DNA of 63,906 bases from a virus (IMGVR_UViG_3300037325_000356:1-63906); one strand, 5' to 3'; counted from the first letter of the stretch, positions 39,833 to 50,593 are shown. Program-made: numbers and translations. Notes: generated from the letters alone by a model not told the origin.

Positions 39833-41332
39833 CTAAACAATGTTAACAACATTTCCGTTGCGCCACAACATCCCAGTAGTTAGTCCGGTCGATGCTGTAG
39901 GAAGGTTTACTAATGTAATATTACTACCACTGATTCTCATAACGGGCGTTGCACTAACCAAGTTATCTGCACCTGGTGTCCCCCCTATATTAGTGCAGAA
40001 TTCGAGAGGTCTACCTCCCTGAGAACCTAAAACAACTCGCAAAGCAGACAAATCAAAGGCAAAAACACCTAAACCAGAGCCACTGCAATGCAAGCTGAAC
40101 ACAGCGTCTTGACCTGCTGTTCCGACACCCGCGCTAGTAGTTCCATTTGTGAAATTTACAGTTTGGTTGCCAAACTGTGTATGGTTTAAAAATATTTTAT
40201 TTCCGGTTATTGTTTGTCCACTTGTCAGGTCTACTATACCCGGATCTGCGCCACTTGCTAGTGATGAATTTTTAACCCGCCGCCACTGATCACCGTCTGA
40301 ATAAGTCAGTTCCCCTGTTGCTGTTCCTGTTGCTAAATCAGTCCTAAAATAAATCGCACCTGGTAGAAAAGTCGCGCCACTAAATGCCGTCGCACCGCTA
40401 CCAGGTCGCACCGTGCCGTTTGTTAAAACATTTCCTGATGCCGTATGTTCTAATACGTTACCCTCGCTTAAATCATCGTTATGATGTCGGATTTGCACAT
40501 TCCCATTGTTGACTACTGTGATGCTTTTGATGCGACTATTTACAGGTGCTAAAGCATTAACTAACCAATATCTAGGGAACCCGCTGCCATCAATACCAGC
40601 TTGTGTATTTGTCGCAAGACCGGGCGACCCGCCTCCCTTAAAACTTACTCCACCCGTGAAAGTTTGAAAAGTATTTAAAGGCAAGTTCTCGATCGGGACT
40701 AAGCTGCCACCATCTAAGGGGGCAACACCGTTAGCAGCCGATCGCGCGCTGGCATCTAATTTTAATGCTAGCCCTGCGGTATAAGTCGATGTCGAAACCG
40801 CGCCCAGACTTGCAAGTGTTGGATAAGCGGGTAGGTTTGCGATCGGCACTAAGCTACCACCATCTAAAGGTGCAACACCGCTAGCAGCCGATCGCGCGCT
40901 GGCATCTAATTTTAGTGCTAAGCCCGCGGTATAAGTCACTGTTGCAACCGCGCCCAAACTTGCGATTGTGGGATATGGCGGCAACTCTGCAACAGATAAT
41001 GCACCTATCAATAATCGAACCGCTACGGGTGACAGCCAGCCAGAACCAGATAATATCTCGTCTTGCTCTGCTCCTGATTGCAAATCTGGCGGCCCTATTA
41101 CCGGCTCAAAAGTGACTGTCTCTGTTGTGTCATTCCAAGGCAATAGATCCGGGATTTTTGCGGCTACGTTTTCAGGAATTTGTAGAAACAAACCCGGCGG
41201 CAAGTATGAGCTAGCAAATAGGGGAAGAGTCAGGTTTAAATTTGATATCTCTTCCCATCTTGTAGAATCGCTTAAAAATTGATAGGCTAACAAATCGAGC
41301 CGATCGCCTTGTTTTGTCTCTACTAAAACCAT
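39833..41332 (-). CDS. Tail protein X (LysM-like) domain fused to a fibre-like region
   Basis: TKQGDRLDLLAYQFL...LPPGLFLQIP...LPW, then duplicated GVAPLDGGSLVPI repeats. Confidence 0.75.
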   Translation of the reverse strand: MVLVETKQGDRLDLLAYQFLSDSTRWEEISNLNLTLPLFASSYLPPGLFLQIPENVAAKIPDLLPWNDTTETVTFEPVIGPPDLQSGAEQDEILSGSGWLSPVAVRLLIGALSVAELPPYPTIASLGAVATVTYTAGLALKLDASARSAASGVAPLDGGSLVPIANLPAYPTLASLGAVSTSTYTAGLALKLDASARSAANGVAPLDGGSLVPIENLPLNTFQTFTGGVSFKGGGSPGLATNTQAGIDGSGFPRYWLVNALAPVNSRIKSITVVNNGNVQIRHHNDDLSEGNVLEHTASGNVLTNGTVRPGSGATAFSGATFLPGAIYFRTDLATGTATGELTYSDGDQWRRVKNSSLASGADPGIVDLTSGQTITGNKIFLNHTQFGNQTVNFTNGTTSAGVGTAGQDAVFSLHCSGSGLGVFAFDLSALRVVLGSQGGRPLEFCTNIGGTPGADNLVSATPVMRISGSNITLVNLPTASTGLTTGMLWRNGNVVNIV

Positions 41333-41335
41333 AAA

Positions 41336-44300
41336 TCAATTCGCTATTATTTCAAGTTTCGTCTCGATCTCAGTCTTACATACATTTTCGACTTCTTCCC
41401 AATTTACAGTCTTCAAACCATCAAAACGTCTAGGAAACGATTCTAGAATCTGAGTTCTCAGAGGATCGTGCAGTGACCCGTAAGTGATCCGTCTGATTTT
41501 TGGTTCGTTCTTTTGCCTTTTCTTGTTCTTTATCATCCGCAAATCACAACCGACTAAAGCCAACATTTTATAAACTGTTAGGATCGGTTCTTTGTAGTTA
41601 AAATCAAACCCCATTATACCCGCCAGTCTGTGTCCATATTCTGCCTTTAGCTTATCCCATCTTTTGCGTATAACCCTGATTTCTGTACCGTTTTCTAGCC
41701 AGTCTCTGTCATCCAAAAACTCAGTTACTCCTAGCTTTTGCAGACAGTCAGTGCGTTCGTGTAATCTCAATCTAAAGTCAGAGGTAAAGTAGCCTGAAAA
41801 TGTCAAAGCCCCGCCCCATTTTAGCCTGTTCATAGCTTTTGCAATTTCTGGGTTAAAGCAGTAATAACGCTGCTCTAAGCCTTGCAGAAAACTCGGATCG
41901 TATAGCAAGGTTTTAGCCAAATCAACCGTCAATAAGACACCCGGCATCCTAGCCATAAAATCGAATTTTCGTAAAGCTAATCCCTGTTCTAAGTTTCGAT
42001 CTTTTCGGCGGTACGATTCAGCCTCAATTGCAGAGATTTCATCAGCATTAACTAGCTTTGTTGCTTCTGCATACTTAACATCAAGAGAGGACAGACTAAA
42101 TTCCTCTTTAATCTGTGAATCACCGTCTGCTGTAACCAAAGTGACATCATCTTTCATCTCTAACAATCTATCTACAAACATTTCTCTATAGTACATCTTT
42201 TCAAAGTTTGTTTTCGCTATTAACGTCCCGATAGTGTCAGTATATAAATCTAATTTCTCGCGTGACTGCCAATAGTTCACGGCTGCGAAAATAGCCTCTT
42301 TTTGAGAATCTGTTGTCACTCCCTCAGTGATTAATTTTAATTGATTCTCGATACATAAACGCATCTCTAATTTTACACTCGCGAGAGTTTCACCGCCAGA
42401 TTCTAGTCGATACTTAGCATCTTGTGTCACAAAGATCGATCGAGGTACGTCTCGATCCCTAACCCTTCCGTACATTTGCAGAGCGCTGTTAATAGTAAGA
42501 GTTCCACACAAAATCAAGAAAACGTGTTGAAAATATTTGCTCGACAAATCTAAGCCACTATCACCGGACGGTGACACAAATAAAATCGTAATTTCTGGGT
42601 GATTTTCTAAGTATTTATCAACATTACTCAGGCATTCAATGCACCAAGGCTCACCCGATGTTTTAGAGTCGATACGGGCGATCGCCAGCGGGTTTATTCC
42701 GGTCTTTAGCATTAGCTCATGCAGACTTTCTAGCTCGTGCTGCGAGTCACTGAAAACTGCGATCGGTTTCACAGCCGCGCTGTTTATAATTTCAGTTCGG
42801 ATCGCGGTTTTATCAGATGGATTTGTTAATGTACCTGTGTACATTTTAACCTGTCTCGGTTTTCCCTCCCAAACATTCTCCATCTTTCGTAGCGTCTTGT
42901 TTTGAGCGAGAGACATCAGAAGTTCAGCACACCAATTTGATAGGTGAGCATCTAGGCAAACAATCATATCTGCCTCTTGTAACATCCCAGCAAAAGTGTT
43001 TAGTCTGTTTCTTCTTCCTCTCGAACAGGTAGAACCTAGCAATATTGACATCAAAACGCTAACGACTTCATCAATTACTAAAATTTTACCTGATGCCATA
43101 GACGCTCTCATATTATGCAGAGAAGCATCACAAAAAGCCACTCTATAGTTAGGATCTAATAAACGCATAAACCCGTCAGACTCAGCACCACGCAAGTGCT
43201 GCAAGTCTGTCACGCCGTCACATTGCTGATGTAGCAGTCCGTTTCTATATCCTAGAAAAATACAACCTCTTTCTTTAAAAATTCCATTCATCCAGTTTGC
43301 TATTAAGAATGATTTTCCTGATCCGGTTCCAGCTTTCAAGAAAAGTATTTCACCTTTTCTCGGAGGGAATAATTCCCATCCGATCGCGTTATCATCTTTA
43401 TTCTTCCAGTCTGTCGCAAGTTTTTCCTGTCTAGTAATTAAATTGCCTGGTTTTGAAATGTCGGGTTCATCCCACAAACAAGAGGTTTTATAGGATGAAT
43501 AAGCCGCATTTTTGAGAAATTCCGGTAAATCTTCAGACGGTATTTTTGCCTCGTTAGGCTCGTTTACTTCTGATACTTCGAGCCGTTTATTCTTATCATA
43601 AATCTTTGCAAACTCTTGTAAAGTCAACCATTCAATAGTAGAAATATTACCGCCTGATACTACCAAATAATCATCAATATCAAAAGAGCCTAATTTAGTC
43701 TCTTGCTCCCACCATCCAAACAGAGGCAAGTATTCGCAATGTCTCACCTGTTCAGATGTCATTAAAACGCCAGATAATACCTCTGGATTATTTACAGCCC
43801 CCGCGTCTGGTAAAATGCAGACAGTTAACGGTTTCAAATCTTTTATAATCTCGTCTAACTCCTTTGTGAATTTGGCAGACATTGCAGTCCCGACAACGAT
43901 TATATTTTTGTTAGACTCCCACATTTTAAGCGCTGTTACAGCACTCTTTACGCCGCCTTCACACAACCAAAGTTCTATTGCTGTTAGGTCACAGTCGGGA
44001 TGTTTTCTCACATATAATGGTAATTCTCCAGTGTGTTGTAATTGACACCCATAACCTCCAACTTTGACAGATGATACCCAAAAATATTTTCCGACTTGTT
44101 CTGCATTGTCCGCTGCAATTTGACCTCCAACAATCTCCCCAAATTGGTTGATAGTGCTAACAAACATTCCACCTAACCATCTCGTTTGATTTGTCGCCGG
44201 ATCATAACCCGCGATATTCTCTGTTAGGTCTAGTCCTTTCTCCCACGTTGTAAACCAACCTAACTCTACAGAAAAATTAATTTGGTCATCTGTTAAACCG

Positions 44301-44695
44301 CGTCTTTTTAGTCTATTTCTATGTGCTTGGCTTAAAGTCGTTTGAGCCAAAATCGTACGATAACCTCGATCTCGGATCTCATTTGTGGGTAGCTGCGCTA
44401 AGCCTGCGAGACGTTCGGCTGCGGCTCTATCCCGTTTCATTTGTGAGATGTCCGATGAGTCTTCAGAGTCGTTATAACCGCGACGCGGCGACACCATAAC
44501 GCCTCTCATCCCTCCTCCTATCTCTTTAATTAAATACCATTCACTATTGAGATCTGCCGCGCTGGTATTCCAACAATAGATCGCGTCAGCATAGATCGGT
44601 TTACATCTTGAGTCTAACTCTCCACATACAGGGCAATTTTCGTGCTTGAAATTCTTAGGATAACTATTGTCAGATTGAATATTATCTGTTATCAT
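41336..44695 (-). CDS. Primase-helicase replication protein (cyanobacterial plasmid Rep-like)
   Basis: Zn finger CPVC...C, TOPRIM CEGGVKS/PDAG/DIDD, helicase GTGSGKS, VIDE, SGLD, QMYGRVR. Confidence 0.85.
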   Translation of the reverse strand: MITDNIQSDNSYPKNFKHENCPVCGELDSRCKPIYADAIYCWNTSAADLNSEWYLIKEIGGGMRGVMVSPRRGYNDSEDSSDISQMKRDRAAAERLAGLAQLPTNEIRDRGYRTILAQTTLSQAHRNRLKRRGLTDDQINFSVELGWFTTWEKGLDLTENIAGYDPATNQTRWLGGMFVSTINQFGEIVGGQIAADNAEQVGKYFWVSSVKVGGYGCQLQHTGELPLYVRKHPDCDLTAIELWLCEGGVKSAVTALKMWESNKNIIVVGTAMSAKFTKELDEIIKDLKPLTVCILPDAGAVNNPEVLSGVLMTSEQVRHCEYLPLFGWWEQETKLGSFDIDDYLVVSGGNISTIEWLTLQEFAKIYDKNKRLEVSEVNEPNEAKIPSEDLPEFLKNAAYSSYKTSCLWDEPDISKPGNLITRQEKLATDWKNKDDNAIGWELFPPRKGEILFLKAGTGSGKSFLIANWMNGIFKERGCIFLGYRNGLLHQQCDGVTDLQHLRGAESDGFMRLLDPNYRVAFCDASLHNMRASMASGKILVIDEVVSVLMSILLGSTCSRGRRNRLNTFAGMLQEADMIVCLDAHLSNWCAELLMSLAQNKTLRKMENVWEGKPRQVKMYTGTLTNPSDKTAIRTEIINSAAVKPIAVFSDSQHELESLHELMLKTGINPLAIARIDSKTSGEPWCIECLSNVDKYLENHPEITILFVSPSGDSGLDLSSKYFQHVFLILCGTLTINSALQMYGRVRDRDVPRSIFVTQDAKYRLESGGETLASVKLEMRLCIENQLKLITEGVTTDSQKEAIFAAVNYWQSREKLDLYTDTIGTLIAKTNFEKMYYREMFVDRLLEMKDDVTLVTADGDSQIKEEFSLSSLDVKYAEATKLVNADEISAIEAESYRRKDRNLEQGLALRKFDFMARMPGVLLTVDLAKTLLYDPSFLQGLEQRYYCFNPEIAKAMNRLKWGGALTFSGYFTSDFRLRLHERTDCLQKLGVTEFLDDRDWLENGTEIRVIRKRWDKLKAEYGHRLAGIMGFDFNYKEPILTVYKMLALVGCDLRMIKNKKRQKNEPKIRRITYGSLHDPLRTQILESFPRRFDGLKTVNWEEVENVCKTEIETKLEIIAN

Positions 44696-44704
44696 GATTT
44701 TACT

Positions 44705-44762
44705 TGGTGAATTTTGGTGATTTTAGGTGATTGGTGAATTTAGGTGAATTTAGGTGAATTTT
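44705..44762. repeat. Iteron-like GGTGA(A)TT repeats x6, mostly 10-bp period
   Basis: GGTGA at 44706, 44716, 44726, 44733, 44743 and 44753, directly upstream of the rep gene. Confidence 0.65.
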
Positions 44763-44960
44763 CCGGTTTTCGAGTTTTTTAAGTCTGATTTGGTTTTTAG
44801 AGAGAACGGCTGAGGTAGCCGACTTGCTTCTCCCTAACTTTACATCCGTTTGACGACGGGTGTATTTTTTTGCTTCTTCCCCAAGATAGCAACACGAACG
44901 GTTTATGTCAATGGTTTTGATGGAGATATTCTAATGAGGTTTCCTGTCATCCTATACAAC

Positions 44961-45107
44961 AAACCTGACTCATGTATTGAGTCAGGTAAAAGGGAGGATA
45001 GAAGCGGGTTCTAGTTGCTGTGTCTGTCGTTCGGATCTCTTACTAATAGTAAGAAGGTAGAAACGACAAACTCTACCGTAACGGTGAGGACTTCTAACCT
45101 CGCTTCT
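44961..45107 (-). repeat. Hairpin element copy 18 (inverted)
   Basis: Same core and tail. Confidence 0.95.
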
Positions 45108-45342
45108 GTCTTGATCGATCGGGTGGGCGATCGCATCTCCTATATTCCACCGAAAACCTCACGAGCGCGGTTATTTGAGGCATTAAAGCCCTGTTAGTCT
45201 CGGTTCTGTAGAAACGTACCACGCCAGCCACCGCCCGATCAATTACGGGAATCCCCGCAGGCTACGGACAGCTCTTTTGAACGCACCGATCGCGCCTAAC
45301 ACTTAACCCGCCCCGCGCGGGTTTTTTCTTGCCCAAAGTCCC

Positions 45343-45480
45343 CAATACTAGAGTCAGGTAAAATACTGACTAGAAGCGAGTTCTAGTTGCTGTGTCTGTC
45401 GTTTAGATCTCTTACTAATAGTAAGACAACTTAAACTACAGACTCTACAGTAAAGGTGAAGGAATTGTGAACTCGCTTCT
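45343..45480 (-). repeat. Hairpin element copy 19 (inverted)
   Basis: Same core. Confidence 0.95.
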
Positions 45481-45504
45481 GAAGAATCACGCCCGCGGCG
45501 ATCG

Positions 45505-46473
45505 CTAAAGGACATCTGAAAATCGAAGGGCAAAAAGTGAGCCGTAGCTTTCATCACCGCCCGCACCTTGAAACGTGCCACCTGTCCATGAAACCGTAGG
45601 GGATGGATCGGTTAGTCTGACTCTTAGCTGGTAGTTGAATATTCCATCAGATTGATAATTTCCAACAGCCATAGCTAAAGTCATCCCAGACCAAAGATTT
45701 GATCGGTTCGGGTTGCCTATAAATCCGACGTGTGAAGAGCCAGAATTCATCCGTCCGCCCACTGATGCGTTCCAAATCTCAGAGGTCGCTAAATCAGCAA
45801 TTAAAGGCTGCCTACCAAAGAAGAAAGTTAGGCCTTTTGCTGGCAGCCTAATCCCATCTAAAACGGTGGCATCATTCCGTAAGTCAAATGTTTCTGTATT
45901 TAGTGGTGAGGGATAATAAGTATTAACAACAAAACCTGGGTTTGAGTTAGCACCCATACCTCTAAACAGCGATCCCCCTACGACTGACACTTCAAACACA
46001 TCAGATCGCGCTCTTGACCAATACTCCCAAACGTTTCCCCGGTAGCCTAAGATCCGCCCGTTAACTTTAGCAAGTTTTCCCAATTGATCTAAACTTGCAT
46101 TGTACGGTTGCGGTGTGTAAGCTGATAAAAACGTTTGAACTGCTGCCTGTCTTGTCTGTACAGCGCTTAAGCCGCTTGTATCAGTCATTAGCGCTAACCG
46201 AGAATCAACACTTATTTTCAGGGTATTAGATCGCGTCATTTGTTCGTTTAACGCTGTGTTTTGTATTTGAGTTTGTGCTATACTCGCTTCTAAAACTCCT
46301 ACAGTTTTCAGATTTGTTAATCTGTTTGTCCTTTGTAGATTCTCTGCCAATTGCCACGTTATCCTGTTCAGTAATGATTGATACCTAGCGTTAAATTCAT
46401 CATTAATCTGTATTGTCTGAACAGATACAGATTCAACTGGGGTCAACTCTTCAATTCCAACAAAAACAGCCAT
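45505..46473 (-). CDS. Fibre-like virion protein (paralogue 1 of 3)
   Basis: N-terminal coiled coil, LDQLGKLAKVNG, beta-rich C-terminus. Confidence 0.55.
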   Translation of the reverse strand: MAVFVGIEELTPVESVSVQTIQINDEFNARYQSLLNRITWQLAENLQRTNRLTNLKTVGVLEASIAQTQIQNTALNEQMTRSNTLKISVDSRLALMTDTSGLSAVQTRQAAVQTFLSAYTPQPYNASLDQLGKLAKVNGRILGYRGNVWEYWSRARSDVFEVSVVGGSLFRGMGANSNPGFVVNTYYPSPLNTETFDLRNDATVLDGIRLPAKGLTFFFGRQPLIADLATSEIWNASVGGRMNSGSSHVGFIGNPNRSNLWSGMTLAMAVGNYQSDGIFNYQLRVRLTDPSPTVSWTGGTFQGAGGDESYGSLFALRFSDVL

Positions 46474-46588
46474 TTCTACCTCTACCTTTTATGCTCTGCA
46501 TTTAAATCTTTAGCCGCCTCACAGATTGATTCGTACCATTCAATCAAAGCCTCTATACTTGTATCTGTTAACCAGAAATCGCTACCTT

Positions 46589-47224
46589 TTAGCCATCTAA
46601 TAGCTTTTGCAATTTCTTTTTTTTGGGTACTCTTGATAGTAATTGCGAGTAATGTCTTACAGAAATATCTAGCACGTAGTAAGGAAGTCTCGCCAGATCG
46701 TAATCTTTCAATTTTACTTCTTCTATACCATGTTCTGAACTCGCGACGGTCACGTTGTTTTCTACTAACGAAAAGATAGTATCAGCCACGTTTTCATAGT
46801 CAGCAGTTCGGAAATTAAAAGCAGGATCGCCACAAGTCAACCTAAACCCATCTTGACAGTCTGGACTTACAATCAAAAAAGTTTTGGTTAACAAACTGCT
46901 GCGATTGTCTAGCGGTTCTATTCTGAGATTGTCTTGACATTTGATAATCTGAAGGAGGGATATTTTGTCAGTTAACGACAATTCCATTGATGCCGCCCGC
47001 GTCAGGATTAAAGGATCGCCATTTTGATCGGTACAATATGTTGATATAAGCCAGTCCGATCCTGCATCCGCAGAAATTTGTGCCGCTTTTTTCTCAAAAG
47101 TTAAACAGTCGGCTGATGTCGCCTCTGTTACTTTTATGGGTATTTCTGCTGCTTCCGATAGATACTCCCATGATTGTGCTATCCATCCGTGAGAATTGCT
47201 AGTCTTTTTGTGTTCTGTTTTCAT
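46589..47224 (-). CDS. Putative tail assembly chaperone with -1 frameshift extension to 46482
   Basis: VTEATSADCL motif; A AAA AAG slippery site at 46616-46622 opens EIAKAIRWLKGSDFWLTDTSIEALIEWYE. Confidence 0.65.
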   Translation of the reverse strand: MKTEHKKTSNSHGWIAQSWEYLSEAAEIPIKVTEATSADCLTFEKKAAQISADAGSDWLISTYCTDQNGDPLILTRAASMELSLTDKISLLQIIKCQDNLRIEPLDNRSSLLTKTFLIVSPDCQDGFRLTCGDPAFNFRTADYENVADTIFSLVENNVTVASSEHGIEEVKLKDYDLARLPYYVLDISVRHYSQLLSRVPKKKKLQKLLDG

Positions 47225-47249
47225 GAGACAATTGTACTCGATTGGTTAG

Positions 47250-47510
47250 TTAAAAATCGTTGTAGGTGCTAGGGAGTAATAGAGCTAAGTCTTGACCGTA
47301 CAAACTCGCTAGTTGGCAACAGTGCGAGACATCGCGGCATCCTGTACGCTCCCATCCGCATAGAGTCGCGGCAGATATTCCTAATTTTAAGGCGGCCGCG
47401 CGTTGTGTGTATTTTGTCGCAGCACGGGAACTTTTTAGAATTAGCGCCTGATTTAGGTAGAAATTCTTTTTTCGTTCAATAGTCAGCCTAAAAGTTAGTT
47501 TCTGTGTCAT
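47250..47510 (-). CDS. XRE-family HTH regulator
   Basis: YTQRAAALKLGISAATLCGWERTG; divergent from the head operon. Confidence 0.85.
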   Translation of the reverse strand: MTQKLTFRLTIERKKNFYLNQALILKSSRAATKYTQRAAALKLGISAATLCGWERTGCRDVSHCCQLASLYGQDLALLLPSTYNDF

Positions 47511-47620
47511 TTTTGTTTTTAATATCTAAACAAGGTTCAGCTATCCCAAATAATAACACTCTAAAACGGTGAGTAACGGACAATCAATATTATTGTAGAT
47601 TTAATGATTCAGTTAAAAAG

Positions 47621-48685
47621 ATGGAATTTAGAGCCGACTCTTTACCCGTGCCTACAAAATTATTTTGGGAGAAAACGACACACGGTTACGTAGCATTTGC
47701 GACGCTAGCCAAAATCGGGCATCCTCTAGAATATTTGAGTGATGACGGGAAAACGAGTACAGAGGTTTTAAATAGTTTTTCAGAGGACTCGATCTCGTCA
47801 ATTAGAGGGATGCCGCTATGCTTAGGGCATCCACAAACCGGAACCTACCAAGGAAACCAAAGCGGTGCAGAAATCGGTCACTTCTTACAAGAAATTATCA
47901 TAACTGACTCTGGGGAGCTATTAGCACCCGTGACGATTACAGATAAACGTGGCATAGATTTAATAGAAGATTGTCTCTTGCGTGGTTTAACGCCTGAAAT
48001 ATCGCCTGCTTATTGGGTAGAATCGGTAGCACTAAGACAAGACGGAAACTTTGAACAGTCACGCGGTAAATATGATCACGCTGCTTTGCTCATGCCTGGT
48101 AACGGGCGGGGCGGTGCTGCAATGTCGCTTCGACTTGATCACACAGATACTCCAAAAAAAATGACAGAACCTATAACAGAACCGTCTCCTCCCACAAATT
48201 CAGTTGCGGAAACTCCCAAAGGATCCGATCCGGAAAGTCAAACAGTTGCAAAACTTCTCTCTCAAATTGAAACTTTGACAGGTGAAAATGTACGTTTAAA
48301 ATCGCAAGTTGACGCAACGGCAACAACTCATCTAAGCCTAGACTCTATTAATTCTCGACTAAATACACTCGCACGAATTGGCAAGATAAACCTAGACTCT
48401 CTTGATTTAGAACAGTCGGCTGCTGACATGCAAAGACAGCATATTTCATCACTCAACCCGGCGATTAATTTAGTAGGGAAAAGTGAGGAATATATTGCCG
48501 GAATGTTTGATACTTTGTGTTCTAATTCAGAAAATCCCACAGTCTCGGAGAATCCGACAGTTGCAAAAGTTCAGCAGCAACTAGCAGGAACTCGCAGCGA
48601 TTCGATCAGCAGTAACACTGATCCGATCGCAGTTGCAAGACAGAAAAGACTAGCACAGATAGAAACCGGGTTTGAGACAAAATAA
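47621..48685 (+). CDS. Prohead protease/scaffold (DUF2213-like)
   Basis: GMPLCLGHP, EISPAY, YDHAALL..GRGG...LRLD. Confidence 0.85.
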   Translation: MEFRADSLPVPTKLFWEKTTHGYVAFATLAKIGHPLEYLSDDGKTSTEVLNSFSEDSISSIRGMPLCLGHPQTGTYQGNQSGAEIGHFLQEIIITDSGELLAPVTITDKRGIDLIEDCLLRGLTPEISPAYWVESVALRQDGNFEQSRGKYDHAALLMPGNGRGGAAMSLRLDHTDTPKKMTEPITEPSPPTNSVAETPKGSDPESQTVAKLLSQIETLTGENVRLKSQVDATATTHLSLDSINSRLNTLARIGKINLDSLDLEQSAADMQRQHISSLNPAINLVGKSEEYIAGMFDTLCSNSENPTVSENPTVAKVQQQLAGTRSDSISSNTDPIAVARQKRLAQIETGFETK

Positions 48686-48769
48686 CCTTCTCTGTAATAG
48701 AGTCATCGTCATCGTCATCATCATCATCATCAATTTACACTCAAGACACCAAAAAAAAGTAAGGGTAAA

Positions 48770-49276
48770 ATGCCACAAACAACAATCAAGTATTTAGCAG
48801 ATTCGGGTTTTGAAGGGATGATTTGCGACACTGTAAACCGGATTATCAGAGGCGCGATCGAAGGATGGGTTTCAGATAGTATTATTCCTTTTGGGCGGGC
48901 GGTGACAATACTGCCTAACGGAAGACTCGCAACAGTGTCAGAAGCGGGTCAAGTTGTAGCAGGAATTGCGTTATCTACCGATTCGTGGGGCTTGCCTAGT
49001 CCAACAGAAAGCGAACCGCCTGCACCTGCTTATCCGGCTAGAACGTCTTTAAATATTCTGACAGTAGGGGATATTTTTATTTGGTGTGAAGAGGCGGTTA
49101 ATGCAGGTGATCAATTGTTGGTTAGAAGTACAGCGGCCGCGAGTCCTAATAATATTTTAGGACGTTTTGCAAAAACTGCGGGGGCGGGTTTAGAAGCTAC
49201 GACAGGTTCGGTGATTATAGCTATAAAAACAACACAGGCCGCCGGGTTAGTGCCAGTGAGAGTTAACACAAAATAA
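48770..49276 (+). CDS. Head decoration/cement protein
   Basis: IPFGRAV, ILTVGDIFIWCEEAVNAGD; lies between the protease and the major capsid gene. Confidence 0.8.
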   Translation: MPQTTIKYLADSGFEGMICDTVNRIIRGAIEGWVSDSIIPFGRAVTILPNGRLATVSEAGQVVAGIALSTDSWGLPSPTESEPPAPAYPARTSLNILTVGDIFIWCEEAVNAGDQLLVRSTAAASPNNILGRFAKTAGAGLEATTGSVIIAIKTTQAAGLVPVRVNTK

Positions 49277-49326
49277 TTCTAACTTGAGAGAACCAAGAGA
49301 AACAACACACAAAACACAATAGAAAA

Positions 49327-50271
49327 ATGACTGACACAATCGTCTTACAGAAATGGCTGAAGGAGCAATTGGTTCAATATGAGCCAAAAATGATAGAAAC
49401 CGTGTATCCCGAATATTGGGGTTTTGAAGGGAAACACCATCCGGCAATCGGCGATCTTCCTCTCGGTTTGTCAGAAATTATTACCTCACGTAAGGATTAT
49501 GTGGGAACCGCTGCAAACTACGGGGGTAAAGCTACCACGATCCCTTTAGCAAACTTTGGAATCGGATCAGAAAAAAGTAAAACAGCAGTGGGTATTCTGG
49601 CGGCGGACTGGTCGGTTTTCGATCTAGCTACTGAAAAAGTGGCGATGGCTAACCCTGGACTTTTACAAACACGCGGGTTAATAAAAGAGTACCGGGCTGC
49701 TATCGAAAGAGGGCTACGTGAATGGATGCACTTAAAAGCAGTTTTTGGGGATATTTCATTAGATATGTCGGGGCTTTTGTCTAGTAAAGAAGTGCCCATT
49801 ATTGCAGAAGCGCAAGCATTAAACGCATTACCCGCCGCCGCTTTATATGACTGGTTTTTAACACGTCTTGCCACGTTTAAAGAGCAAAATATGCTCACAA
49901 CAAACGGTCAAATTAGCGTACTGCTGAATACCCGTCTAGCGCTGGCTTTGTCGCGTCGTTTTACAGATACAGGTGACGGATCGCCTATGCGACTACTAAG
50001 CGGTTTAATCGCTAATATGACGGAAGTTAACGAGCTATCGGGGCCGCTTTTAGAGCGTTTTGGAGTTACAGCACCCGCAGCGAATCTAGACATGATTGTG
50101 TTTTATAACAATCAATCTAATGTTTTAGATCGGCGGTTCTTTCCTATTGAAATAACACCGCCTAACCTATTAGATGATCAGGTATCATTTAGATGTGTTG
50201 GCTATTGTGCAACCTCTGAAGTTCGATTTAAGCAACCCATGCAGGTGCAATATGTCACTTATCCTAGATAG
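49327..50271 (+). CDS. Major capsid protein (DUF2184-like)
   Basis: 314 aa, position in the block, VFGD...MSGLL motif. Confidence 0.85.
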   Translation: MTDTIVLQKWLKEQLVQYEPKMIETVYPEYWGFEGKHHPAIGDLPLGLSEIITSRKDYVGTAANYGGKATTIPLANFGIGSEKSKTAVGILAADWSVFDLATEKVAMANPGLLQTRGLIKEYRAAIERGLREWMHLKAVFGDISLDMSGLLSSKEVPIIAEAQALNALPAAALYDWFLTRLATFKEQNMLTTNGQISVLLNTRLALALSRRFTDTGDGSPMRLLSGLIANMTEVNELSGPLLERFGVTAPAANLDMIVFYNNQSNVLDRRFFPIEITPPNLLDDQVSFRCVGYCATSEVRFKQPMQVQYVTYPR

Positions 50272-50329
50272 ATAAGAACGGGTTACGTCAAAGGTTATCA
50301 TCGTTTCAATAATGTTTAAGAGGTATCTA

Positions 50330-50593
50330 ATGGCTGTTATTACGTATATGGGAGAGAAGGATCAACCGAGGGCGAGAACAGGAGCGCGAGGTTTTACTTT
50401 ACCGACAGGAGCTTTAATGTTAGAGTCGTCTGTCGCAACAGAGGTATCACCGGAAATCTTGAAACAATTAGAGGCAAACCCGATCTTTATCTCTCTCCAA
50501 ACACTAGGAATTGTGACAGTGAAAAGAGAAGGAGGAGAGCCGACAGTCTCCATCTCGGAGAATCAAACAGATGCTAACCTGAAGAAAAAATAA
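50330..50593 (+). CDS. Hypothetical virion-associated protein
   Basis: Position after the major capsid gene. Confidence 0.6.
   Translation: MAVITYMGEKDQPRARTGARGFTLPTGALMLESSVATEVSPEILKQLEANPIFISLQTLGIVTVKREGGEPTVSISENQTDANLKKK

Noticed and set aside
48703-48731. (TCA/TCG)n microsatellite between head genes
   Set aside because: Short, intergenic and with no supportable function.
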